A model generated the notes under the pieces. It saw only the letters and a program-made list of their open reading frames with translations. It was not told the origin of the DNA and did not search any database. DNA of 64,000 bases from assembly GCF_030684315.1 (NCBI RefSeq), contig NW_026728269.1:62001-126000 (forward strand). The letters are read 5' to 3'. Below are positions 51,101-57,500 of this stretch, piece by piece. This DNA is from Stegostoma tigrinum (lineage: Eukaryota). Position 1 is the stretch's first letter; each line of letters starts with the position of its first letter. The position numbers were made by a program, and so were the translations under genes.

Positions 51101-52242
51101 CCCCGACCCGAGACCGCGTCCGACCCCCCAAACATCTTCCCCCCGACCCGAGACCGCGTCCGACCCCCCAAACATCTTCCCCCCGACCCGAGACCGCGTC
51201 CGACCCCCCAAACATCTTCCCCCCGACCCGAGACCGCGTCCGACCCCCCCCAACATCTTCCCCCCGACCCGAGACCGCGTCCGACCCCCCCCAACATCTT
51301 CCCCCCGACCCGAGACCGCGTCCGACCCCCCAACATCACCATCACCACCCCCCCAAACCGGGAAACTGCCTCCCCTCCAACCCCCCACCCCCACCCCCAC
51401 CATTCTCCCGGGCCCCGGAACCGCCCGTACCCGAAGGCCACGCCCGTCCCCCGCCCGTACCCGAAGGCCACGCCCGCCCCCCGCCCGTACCCGAAGGCCA
51501 CGCCCGCCCCCCGCCCGTACCCGAAGGCCACGCCCGCCCCCCGCCCGTACCCGAAGGCCACGCCCGCCCCCCGCCCGTACCCGAAGGCCACGCCCGCCCC
51601 CCGCCCGTACCCGAAGGCCACGCCCGCCCCCCGCCCGTACCCGAAGGCCACGCCCGCCCCCCGCCCGTACCCGAAGGCCACGCCCGCCCCCCGCCCGTAC
51701 CCGAAGGCCACCCCCGCCCGTACCCGAAGGCCACGCCCGCCCCCCGCCCGTACCCGAAGGCCACGCCCTCAAGCCTCGCCCCTCTGTCATGTTATGAATG
51801 ATTCTGGAATGACCCAAGGAGACCACATGGGACAGGCGCTGTGCCAGCTACGGCCCCGCCCCCTCCTGTGATTGGCGAGCACCCAGCCCCGCCCTCTCGC
51901 CGCGGCGATTGGCGGCTGACTCGCGGGGTGGCTGCCCCCGCCTGTGATTGGCGGGCACCGAGGCGCGGCCCCACCCCTCGCCGCGACGATTGGCGCCCGA
52001 CACGGGAGAGCCCCGCCCGCGATTGGCGGGCCACGAGGCACGGCACCGCCCCTGTGCCGGTGATTGGCGGTTGCCCCGGGAGGCCACGCGCCGCCGTTTT
52101 GAAAGGCGCTCGCGCTGCCGCCGGCAGTTGGCGGAGTGAGGCCTAGTCTGGGGCGAGCCTCACACGCTTCCCTTACCTGCTGGATCAGCGCCGTGTCCGG
52201 CTCCAGCAAGTTGTTCAGGATCTTCTCCAGGACCTCGGCCAT
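1098..52242 (-). CDS. IPO4: Importin-4 (karyopherin-beta family, HEAT repeats); 28 coding exons in window, 3' end beyond window start
   Basis: 28 exons bounded by GT/AG, all splice phases compatible, 3039 nt = 1013 codons with no stop. N-terminus [31 protein letters not shown]...[12 protein letters not shown]; acidic loops; motifs such as [30 protein letters not shown] and [15 protein letters not shown] match importin-4 as I know it. Confidence 0.95.
1775..1907 (-). CDS. IPO4: IPO4 exon 27
   Basis: [44 protein letters not shown]; phase 2-0. Confidence 0.93.
1908..2887 (-). other. U12-type (minor spliceosome) GT-AG intron 26 of IPO4
   Basis: 5' splice site GTATCCTG; branch point TCCTTAAC (1926-1919) just upstream of the AG; no long polypyrimidine tract. 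Confidence 0.88.
2704..2875. other. Assembly gap
   Basis: Run of N. Confidence 1.
2888..3096 (-). CDS. IPO4: IPO4 exon 26
   Basis: [18 protein letters not shown]...AEQGKEAIF; phase 0-2; donor GTATCCTG (U12-type). Confidence 0.92.
3588..3712 (-). mobile_element. Short Penelope pLTR fragment
   Basis: ggaactgcagatgctggagaatc...ggccaagcagcatc...cccttcttcag, diverged copy of 35600-35724; similar fragments at 16412-16506 and 61037-61085. Confidence 0.7.
4128..4627. repeat. 12-bp tandem repeat
   Basis: (GCGGGGCAGA[G/C]A)n, ~41 copies. Confidence 0.97.
5681..5806 (-). CDS. IPO4: IPO4 exon 25
   Basis: [42 protein letters not shown]. Confidence 0.93.
6700..7055 (-). mobile_element. Deu-SINE-like shark SINE
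   Basis: B box gggttcaaatccc, tggaatttgaattcaat, tggtctggcctacacgtgactccagatccacagcaatgtgg, tail gggcaataaatgctg; related copies at 11915-12115 (+) and 20930-21200 (-). Confidence 0.6.
7380..7842 (+). mobile_element. CR1 LINE 3' fragment
   Basis: accaggatgttgc...tggaatgaacttcctgaggaag...gggtctgtttccatgctgtatgactct; similar remnants at 2050-2600, 23480-24140, 24790-25150, 40830-41460 (-), 43000-43800 (-), 46700-47100 (-). Confidence 0.75.
8909..9050 (+). CDS. Nested GPR160-like multi-pass membrane receptor, coding exon 1
   Basis: Strong Kozak AACATGG; [47 protein letters not shown] (TM1 N, TM2 D); phase-1 donor CAG|GTATAG. Confidence 0.7.
10159..11186. repeat. G-rich low-complexity tract
   Basis: Almost C-free G/A/T sequence with GGGGGAGTAG and GGAGGAGGG subrepeats. 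Confidence 0.9.
11529..11562 (+). ncRNA. Hammerhead ribozyme motif of second Penelope family
   Basis: CUGACGA-U-GUUACC-UAGAAU-GGUGAC-GAAA-CAUC; mirror copy at 9788-9821 (-) has CUAAUGA...GAAACGUC. Confidence 0.65.
13689..14560 (+). CDS. Nested GPR160-like multi-pass membrane receptor, coding exon 2
   Basis: Acceptor tttctgtgtcctctttAG in phase 1; 290 codons to the TGA with several hydrophobic helices ([28 protein letters not shown]; [14 protein letters not shown]; [17 protein letters not shown]; [25 protein letters not shown]). Confidence 0.78.
14537..15130 (+). mobile_element. Old degenerate Penelope-like fragment
   Basis: TGEIKH*...HFAEHICSV...HHFN...GLLQ...LKEQPLNF...QPPGL parallels [19 protein letters not shown]...LQEQQLIF...QPNGI of the intact copies. 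Confidence 0.7.
15300..16400 (+). mobile_element. Old CR1-like LINE fragment
   Basis: Degenerate RT-region sequence (tacaggccagtt..cttaacatc..gggaaaatgttaga; gatttccagcaggtatttgataagg). Confidence 0.55.
16859..16912 (-). CDS. IPO4: IPO4 exon 24
   Basis: [18 protein letters not shown]. Confidence 0.92.
17085..17278 (-). CDS. IPO4: IPO4 exon 23
   Basis: [26 protein letters not shown]...AIRNVLQKK; phase 1-0. Confidence 0.93.
17706..19560 (-). mobile_element. CR1-like LINE ORF2 (APE endonuclease + RT), degenerate
   Basis: [24 protein letters not shown]; [19 protein letters not shown]; [27 protein letters not shown]. Confidence 0.88.
21806..22093 (-). mobile_element. tRNA-derived V-SINE (HE1-like)
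   Basis: A box gctcagtggct, B box ttcgattcc, V-domain gggtttcctc..tgctccagtttcctcccacagtcc, CR1-like tail. Confidence 0.75.
22281..22386 (-). CDS. IPO4: IPO4 exon 22
   Basis: [35 protein letters not shown]; phase 0-1. Confidence 0.93.
23077..23134 (-). CDS. IPO4: IPO4 exon 21
   Basis: [19 protein letters not shown]; phase 2-0; donor GTGAGT. Confidence 0.9.
24252..24329 (-). CDS. IPO4: IPO4 exon 20
   Basis: [25 protein letters not shown]; phase 2-2. Confidence 0.93.
26163..26272 (-). CDS. IPO4: IPO4 exon 19
   Basis: [36 protein letters not shown] (acidic loop); phase 0-2. Confidence 0.92.
26888..26999 (-). CDS. IPO4: IPO4 exon 18
   Basis: [37 protein letters not shown]; phase 2-0. Confidence 0.93.
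27681..27804 (-). CDS. IPO4: IPO4 exon 17
   Basis: [40 protein letters not shown]; phase 1-2. Confidence 0.93.
29035..29148 (-). CDS. IPO4: IPO4 exon 16
   Basis: [37 protein letters not shown]; phase 1-1. Confidence 0.92.
29394..30102 (+). mobile_element. Young CR1 LINE 3' end with an internal copy of its own tail
   Basis: [19 protein letters not shown]..., RFTRMLPGM...GDLIETYKI...[14 protein letters not shown]; ends in (TGTTCTA)n; tail 29979-30102 duplicated at 29524-29647. Confidence 0.9.
30254..30367 (-). CDS. IPO4: IPO4 exon 15
   Basis: [37 protein letters not shown]; phase 1-1. Confidence 0.93.
30431..31655. repeat. 42-bp minisatellite
   Basis: CCCACCCACAGCACTGACCGTCCATTACGCCCCTGCTCAGAC, ~29 near-identical copies. 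Confidence 0.97.
32424..32553 (-). CDS. IPO4: IPO4 exon 14
   Basis: [43 protein letters not shown]; phase 0-1. Confidence 0.93.
32972..33080 (-). CDS. IPO4: IPO4 exon 13
   Basis: [36 protein letters not shown]; phase 2-0. Confidence 0.93.
33165..34126. repeat. ~40-48 bp minisatellite filling IPO4 intron 12
   Basis: CCCTGTTACAGAGCGTACTGATGGGTGTTCACACCGCAGT(CT)n with variable CT tract. Confidence 0.95.
34193..34302 (-). CDS. IPO4: IPO4 exon 12
   Basis: [36 protein letters not shown]; phase 0-2. Confidence 0.93.
35397..35450 (-). CDS. IPO4: IPO4 exon 11
   Basis: [18 protein letters not shown]. Confidence 0.93.
35696..35724 (-). ncRNA. Minimal hammerhead ribozyme (inverted pLTR copy)
   Basis: Reverse complement of the 37318 motif; same sense as IPO4 pre-mRNA. 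Confidence 0.7.
37318..37346 (+). ncRNA. Minimal hammerhead ribozyme in Penelope pLTR
   Basis: CUGAUGA-A-GGGUCUAGGCCC (stem II)-GAAA-CGUC. Confidence 0.75.
37967..38128 (-). CDS. IPO4: IPO4 exon 10
   Basis: [54 protein letters not shown]. Confidence 0.93.
38798..38881 (-). CDS. IPO4: IPO4 exon 9
   Basis: [28 protein letters not shown]; 84 nt. Confidence 0.92.
40412..40513 (-). CDS. IPO4: IPO4 exon 8
   Basis: [34 protein letters not shown]. Confidence 0.93.
41575..41640 (-). CDS. IPO4: IPO4 exon 7
   Basis: [22 protein letters not shown]; 66 nt. Confidence 0.9.
42682..42861 (-). CDS. IPO4: IPO4 exon 6
   Basis: [21 protein letters not shown]...YMGTDEV; 180 nt; phase 0-0. Confidence 0.93.
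43975..44104 (-). CDS. IPO4: IPO4 exon 5
   Basis: [43 protein letters not shown]; phase 2-0. Confidence 0.93.
44517..44631. repeat. 12-bp GA/GC tandem repeat
   Basis: (GCGCGAGAGAGA)n. Confidence 0.9.
44645..44840 (+). mobile_element. tRNA-derived V-SINE (HE1-like), 3'-truncated
   Basis: gtggctcagtggttagcactgctgcctcacagc..gggttcaattcc..gggtttcctccgggtgctccagtttcctcc. Confidence 0.78.
45070..45111 (-). CDS. IPO4: IPO4 exon 4
   Basis: [13 protein letters not shown]; 42 nt; phase 2-2; donor GTAAGT. Confidence 0.9.
   Translation of the reverse strand, partial: FEAGGSAVSAAGT
45250..45672. repeat. Degenerate ~70-bp tandem repeat
   Basis: GGGTTAGATACAGAGTAAAACTCCCTCTACACTG...CATCAAACACTCCCA units; related units at 28000-28130 and 40105-40230. 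Confidence 0.75.
45871..45950 (-). CDS. IPO4: IPO4 exon 3
   Basis: [26 protein letters not shown]; tttag/gtacgc; phase 0-2. Confidence 0.92.
47392..47478 (-). CDS. IPO4: IPO4 exon 2
   Basis: [29 protein letters not shown]; AG/GT; phase 0-0. Confidence 0.93.
47870..48107 (+). mobile_element. Probable solo LTR remnant
   Basis: Begins TGTTGTAAC; TATA-like GATATAAG; degenerate polyA (tgtaaatgaa); end resembles a shark LTR terminus recalled from memory; TSD not evident. Confidence 0.4.
48150..51770. repeat. Compound C-rich minisatellite in IPO4 intron 1
   Basis: CCGAGACTACGT(C)nAACAT(C)n array 48360-50600; ...CACATTA(C)nGACTACGT block 50600-51000; GACCCGAGACCGCGTCCGA block 51030-51330; 30-bp CCGCCCGTACCCGAAGGCCACGCCCGCCCC block 51421-51770. 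Confidence 0.93.
52177..52242 (-). CDS. IPO4: IPO4 exon 1 (coding part)
   Basis: AGGATGG Kozak context; [22 protein letters not shown]; donor GTAAGG. Confidence 0.93.
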
Positions 52243-52760
52243 CCTCCGCGCTGTCACTTCCCCGCTTCCTTCAGAACACTTTTAATTTCCCCCTCACCTC
52301 CCACACGCCGGCAACGTTGCGCTGCTGTGCGGCTGGGGCGGGTGGGGAAAGAAAGGCTTCTCCCACGCGAGCAAGAGGCGCCGCCGCCGTGGGCCGGACC
52401 TCCGCGGCACGGAGCGCCGCCTAGCGACTGGGAGGACCAGGTCAACGCGGGGCCCGTGTTATCGGCGGCTCCGGCCCCGCCCCCCACAATTGTCGGGCGT
52501 GCAACGTTGGCACCGCCCACGGCAACGTGACCACGCCCTCAATTGTTGCAGCCCGTCACACCAGCCACGGCGAGTTAGCACGTGCCCCATGGGGGCGTGG
52601 TCAAGGGATTAGCACCGCCCCTTTACCGTGGGGTGGGATAGGGCTGGAACTGCGCCCAAAGGTTTCGCATTTTAGCCCCGCCCCCTCAGCCGGTGTTCGT
52701 GCCTCCCCCTGCTGGGGTTTGCATTGGAACGGCACGCTGGTGCCGGGAGGAATGCATTAG

Positions 52761-52888
52761 CACCGCCCCCTGGTGTCGGGAGGACTGCTTTAGCACCTCC
52801 CCCTCCCCGAAAATAGCCCGCCACCCAATGTCAGCGCCCTCTGGAGGCGACAAGGGCGAATCAGCCCTTTGTCAGCGCCCTCTGGTGA
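52761..52888 (-). promoter_or_regulatory. Three co-oriented CTCF-like motifs
   Basis: ACACCAGGGGGCGGTG (52776-52761), CCTCCAGAGGGCGCTG (52847-52832), TCACCAGAGGGCGCTG (52888-52873). Confidence 0.65.
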
Positions 52889-53120
52889 TGGGAGGACCGT
52901 GTCAGCGTCTACTGGAGTGTGGTGGTCTGCGTCCGCGCCCCCTCTCGGCAGGAGGACCAAGGCGGCAGCCCACCGGTGCCTCTTTGGAAATCTATGAGAG
53001 AGACCAACCCCCTGTGCTCTCAGAGATAATGGGAACTGCAGATGCTGGAGATTCCAAGATAATAAAATGTGAGGCTGGATGAACACAGCAGGCCAAGCAG
53101 CATCTCAGGAGCACAAAAGC

Positions 53121-53149
53121 TGACGTTTCGGGCCTAGACCCTTCATCAG
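53121..53149 (-). ncRNA. Minimal hammerhead ribozyme (inverted pLTR copy)
   Basis: gacgtttcgggcctagacccttcatcag on + strand. Confidence 0.7.
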
Positions 53150-54444
53150 AGAGGGGGATGGGGAGAGGGAACTGGAATAAATAGGGAGAGAGGGGGAGGC
53201 GGACCGAAGATGGAGAGCAAAGAAGATAGGTGGAGAGAGTGTAGGTGGGGAGGTAGGGAGGGGATAGGTCAGTCCAGGGAAGACGGACAGGTCAAGGAGG
53301 TGGGATGAGGTTAGTAGGTAGCTGGGGGTGCGGCTGGGGGTGGGAGGAAGGGATGGGTGAGAGGAAGAACCGGTTAGGGAGGCAGAGACAGGTTGGACTG
53401 GTTTTGGGATGCAGTGGGTGGGGGGGAAGAGCTGGGCTGGTTGTGTGGTGCAGTGGGGGGAGGGGATGAACTGGGCTGGTTTAGGGATGCAGTGGGGGAA
53501 GGGGAGATTTTGAAACTGGTGAAGTCCACATTGATACCATATGGCTGCAGGGTTCCCAGGCGGAATATGAGTTGCTGTTCCTGCAACCTTCGGGTGGCAT
53601 CATTGTGGCAGTGCAGGAGGCCCATGATGGACATGTCATGCTCCACACTGCCCTCCAACCCCACCACACCCGGCACCTTCCCCTGCAACCGCAGGAAATG
53701 CTACACTTGTCCCCACACCTCCTCCCTCACCCCCATCCCAGGCCCCAAGATGACATTCCACATTAAGCAGAGGTTCACCTGCACATCTGCCAATGTGGTA
53801 TACTGCATCCACTGTACCCGGTGCGGCTTTCTCTACATTGGGGAAACCAAGCGGAGGCTTGGGGACCGCTTTGCAGAACACCTCCGCTCAGTTCGCAACA
53901 AACAACTGCACCTCCCAGTCGCAAACCATTTCCACTCCCCCTCCCATTCTCTTGATGACATGTCCATCATGGGCCTCCTGCACTGCCACAATGATGCCAC
54001 CCGAAGGTTGCAGGAACAGCAACTCATATTCCGCCTGGGAACCCTGCAGCCATATGGTATCAATGTGGACTTCACCAGTTTCAAAATCTCCCCTTCCCCT
54101 ACTGCATCCCTAAACCAGCCCAGTTCATCCCCTCCCCCCACTGCACCACACAACCAGCCCAGCTCTTCCCCCCCACCCACTGCATCCCAAAACCAGTCCA
54201 ACCTGTCTCTGCCTCCCTAACCGGTTCTTCCTCTCACCCATCCCTTCCTCCCACCCCCAGCCGCACCCCCAGCTACCTACTAACCTCATCCCACCTCCTT
54301 GACCTGTCCGTCTTCCCTGGACTGACCTATCCCCTCCCTACCTCCCCACCTACACCCTCTCCACCTATCTTCTTTGCTCTCCATCTTCGGTCCGCCTCCC
54401 CCTCTCTCCCTATTTATTCCAGTTCCCTCCCCCCATCCCCCTCT

Positions 54445-54473
54445 CTGATGAAGGGTCTAGGCCCGAAACGTCA
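54445..54473 (+). ncRNA. Minimal hammerhead ribozyme in Penelope pLTR
   Basis: ctgatgaagggtctaggcccgaaacgtca. Confidence 0.7.
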
Positions 54474-55609
54474 GCTTTTGTGCTCCTGAGATGCTGCTTG
54501 GCCTGCTGTGTTCATCCAGCCTCACATTTTATTCCCCTGTGCTCTCATTTGGCTCTTGTGGACGTTCACGGACCCTGGGCTGTGCCGTCTGAGCTATGTC
54601 TTTGCAGGTGCATAGCTCTGCAGCACTGCTATTTATTATTATTTCTGTGTTGCTTTTTGAACCCTTGTTTTTCCATTCGTGAATTTGAAGTGTGTAGTAC
54701 CGGAGCTGAGTTTCCTTGCAAAGATGCCATCTCCAGTACTCCCTATTATAAGAGGAGAAGGAGGGGCAGAAACTATAAAGATATGTGAACAGGAGGAGCC
54801 TGCTCTCTCATTCAGTGAGATTGTGGCTGACCTGGTCATGTTTGGCCCCCAGTGTGGCAATGTGAGTGGATCAGAATTAATTCCTCTATCCTGCAGCTTT
54901 CCACAGTCTTTCCCCATTTATATAATCTCCAGCCCCTCTGTCCTTCCTGCCAAAGTGCGGAATCCACCCCCTACGTTATATTCCATCTGCTTAGTTTTGG
55001 CGCAATCCTTTCCCCATCGGAGTTGCTGACTGATATTGTCAGTAAATGCGGGTCGAGCACCGATCCCCGCGGTTGTGACCCCTTGTTACAGGAAACCATC
55101 CTGAAAAATGACCCCCATACAGCTCTCTGTATGCGACGGGTTAGCCAATGCTCCCTGCACGGTAATATATGGCCCCCCCCACCAATGCTATGGGCTCCTG
55201 TCCATTCAATCAGACTAATGTGTGAGCACCTTAGCAGACCAATTCTGAAAATCTAAATACATTACATCGACACTTCTTCCTCCCCCCCCCCTTTTATCTA
55301 ACCTCCTGGTTGCCTTTTCTAGGATTGGGCAGGCAGGTGTGTGCCTTGTTGTTGTGCTTGACTGTGTTAGGCCTTTCTAAATGCATTAGCAACGCATAAG
55401 AGGCCAGAAATGTACTGGGGTAGGCTCAAAACTTTGTATCCAGGCCCCTTCTCCTTCTGCTATGCATCCTCCCAACACCCCCCCCCCCCCAAAAAAAACC
55501 CACCAACACTGCCATCGCAGCTGAGCCCTGTTGTCAGAGATCCCTATGGACCAAAGAACGAAAGACTCATTAGGATGGGGGGGGGGGGGGGTGCTGGTTC
55601 GTGTTCTAT

Positions 55610-55615
55610 TTTATT
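55610..55615 (-). terminator. Polyadenylation signal of the Ig-like gene
   Basis: AATAAA about 80 nt downstream of the C-frame stop. Confidence 0.6.
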
Positions 55616-55694
55616 GGATGCACGATGGAAACCGGAACTGTATGTGGCGCTCCCGGCGGGATACGGAGAGACCGGGAACCGTACGCAACTGCGG

Positions 55695-55847
55695 CTACGA
55701 GAGGGGGCAGGACTCCCTGTCGACCACGGCCACCAGAGGCTCCTCGCTGGATTCGTGCTCGAGCTGGCAGGAGAAGCGAGAGTGGGCTTGCCAATCTTTG
55801 GTGGGAATTGTCAGGTAACTGCTCCAGCTGTAGCTGCCTCTGGTGCC
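55695..55847 (-). pseudogene. Second half (E-F-G strands) of an Ig C1 light-chain constant domain
   Basis: GTRGSYSWSSYLTIPTKDWQAHSRFSCQLEHESSEEPLVAVVDRESCPLS* has the YSxSSYL, W, FSCxxxH and near-terminal Cys pattern of CL; CAG acceptor is phase 0; first half of the domain not found. Confidence 0.82.
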
Positions 55848-55849
55848 CT

Positions 55850-56135
55850 GTGGCGCTTGTGGAAGGACAGGGAGAGACCGGGAATGGTGCGCGGCGCTTG
55901 TGGCAGGACAGGGAGAGACCGGGAACTGTATGTGGTGCTCGCGGTGGGATAGGGGGAGACTGGGAACGGTACGCGGTGCTTGTGGTAGGACAGGGGGAGA
56001 CCGGGAACTGTACGCGACGCTCGGGGTAGGATAGGGAGAGACCGGGAATGGTAGGCAGCGCTCGTGGTGGGATAGGGAGAGACCGGGAACTGTATGTGGT
56101 GCTCGCGGTAGGACCGGGAGAGACCGGGAATGGTG
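55850..56135. repeat. 41-bp tandem repeat in the J-C intron
   Basis: GGGAGAGACCGGGAACTGTATGTGGTGCTCGCGGTGGGATA-like unit, ~7 copies; related units at 55630-55690 on the other side of the C exon. Confidence 0.88.
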
Positions 56136-56187
56136 TGCCTCTGGTTGACCAGGAGCTGAACACAGTGCTGGCAGAGTGACTACTCAC

Positions 56188-56541
56188 CGGGTATAAGCAG
56201 ATGGATGCCGTTACCAAGGAAGACCATGTTGTCTTTGACAGTGGCACAGTAGTAGGTGCCAGTGTCTGCCTCAGAGATGCTGCTGATGGTCAGCATGTAG
56301 CTGCTGGTCGCCGAATCCCTGGACGGTAGGTAACGGTCCGTGTAGCCTGTGCCCCGGTTGCCCTGTCCGCTGGTCCAGTGCACCAGTACCCATCGTGGCT
56401 TCTGCCCGGGCCTCAGCTGGTACCAGAACCCGCCATCGTCCGCGATATTCACGTTCGTCACCCAGCAGGTCGAGGTGGCGGTGCCTCCTGCTGGCACCGA
56501 GGCGGACAGGGGCTGACGCAGGACTGGGTTTGAGGTGCTGC
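56188..56541 (-). CDS. Germline-joined VJ exon, Ig light-chain-like (sigma-cart/type I-like V)
   Basis: V-set hallmarks PVLRQP, STC, FWYQ, RGTGYTDRYLPSRDSATSSYMLTISS, DTGTYYC, followed directly by J-like FLGNGIHLLIP; cttccAG acceptor and G|GTGAGT donor (phase 1-1); no RSS between V and J. Confidence 0.9.
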
Positions 56542-57418
56542 CTGGAAGAGAGGAACGTGTCAATGGAGGACGGAGTGGGAAAGAAAGGAGTGTCAGTGGG
56601 GAGGGGTGGTGGTCAGGGATGTGGGGTGGGGGGAGAGATCGCACTGACAGGAGGTTGCAACGGGAAATGGGGGGGGGGGTGCATTTGTATAGCCTCCCGC
56701 AAGCGGCTTGGCAGTGCGCCATCCAGCGTTTCAGTTTAAGGAGACTCAGCTCCCACTCCCTCATCTCCGTGTCCCTCCATTTCCTCATGGCCAGCCCACC
56801 CAAACCCACACATCGCTGGGCACTACAGGACGAGACTGAAGTGCCCGCAGGAAAGCCAGGCAGACACTGGGTAGAACAAAAAAAAATCCAAGCAGACAGT
56901 TGCCCAAGGTTACAGTCAAACCTGGGAGATTGAGCCCTTTCAAGTTTCACAACATCCTTCCTGTAGCAGGGAGACCGGGATTGAGCGCAGTATTCCGGGT
57001 GGCCCGAACCAACGTCCCTGTACAGCCCCAACATGACCCTCCCAGCTCCCTGTACTCAACGCACTGACCCATAAAAGCCAGCGAACCGAACCCCTCCCTC
57101 ACTGCCCTGTCTCCCTGCAACTCCACTTTCAGGGAACTATGTACCCGCTTCCCCCGGGTCTCTGTGTTCAGCAACACCCGCAGGGCCCTCCCATGAAATC
57201 CTGCCCTGATGGACCTTCCCCAAAATCCAGCGTCTCACGTTGGATCTAAATCCATCTGCCCCTCCTTGGCCCCGTCCGATCGAGGCCGTGTTGTGCTCCT
57301 AGGGTAGCCGCCCTCGCTGCCCGCTACGCCCTCCAGTTTCGGTGCCACCCTGGGTTGGAATCCTTTGAAGGCCAGGCTGTGAGCCTTGAGGGGAAGGAGC
57401 CCGCAAACGCCAACTAAC

Positions 57419-57470
57419 CTGCGAGGAAGCAGAGGAAGACAGCCAATGGGTGGACGAGTGTATCTAGCGT
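57419..57470 (-). pseudogene. Leader exon of Ig light-chain-like gene; ACG where ATG is expected
   Basis: (ACG)LDTLVHPLAVFLCFLA-G, donor G|GTTAGT in phase 1. Joins the VJ exon to give a signal peptide ...CFLAGSTS|NPVLRQP. In-frame TAG immediately upstream. Confidence 0.7.
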
Positions 57471-57500
57471 CTATCCTCCTGGGCCCTCCCTTGCTCTGTG

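Larger units (their letters stand above)
51830..52990. promoter_or_regulatory. CpG island / IPO4 promoter region
   Basis: High GC and CpG density around exon 1; GC box near 52473, E-box CACGTG 52579-52584, six CCAAT boxes 51871-52067. Confidence 0.8.
53023..54533 (+). mobile_element. Penelope-like element (same family), forming a long inverted repeat
   Basis: GIY-YIG segment nearly identical to 36528-37410; arms 53061-53639 and 53955-54533; 14-bp TSD CCCCTGTGCTCTCA (53009-53022 / 54534-54547). Confidence 0.93.

Noticed and set aside
48059-51871. Very long Pro-rich or Gly-rich ORFs (up to 1216 aa)
   Set aside because: By-products of C-rich tandem repeats that lack stop codons; they lie within IPO4 intron 1.
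56161-56199. Perfect RSS heptamer CACAGTG just past the J donor
   Set aside because: No ACAAAAACC-like nonamer at 12- or 23-bp spacing, and the flanking sequence is not J-like.
56542-57034. N-terminal extension of the 284-aa ORF that contains the V domain
   Set aside because: Made of CR1 and SINE remnants in the leader-V intron; the exon starts at the acceptor at 56541.
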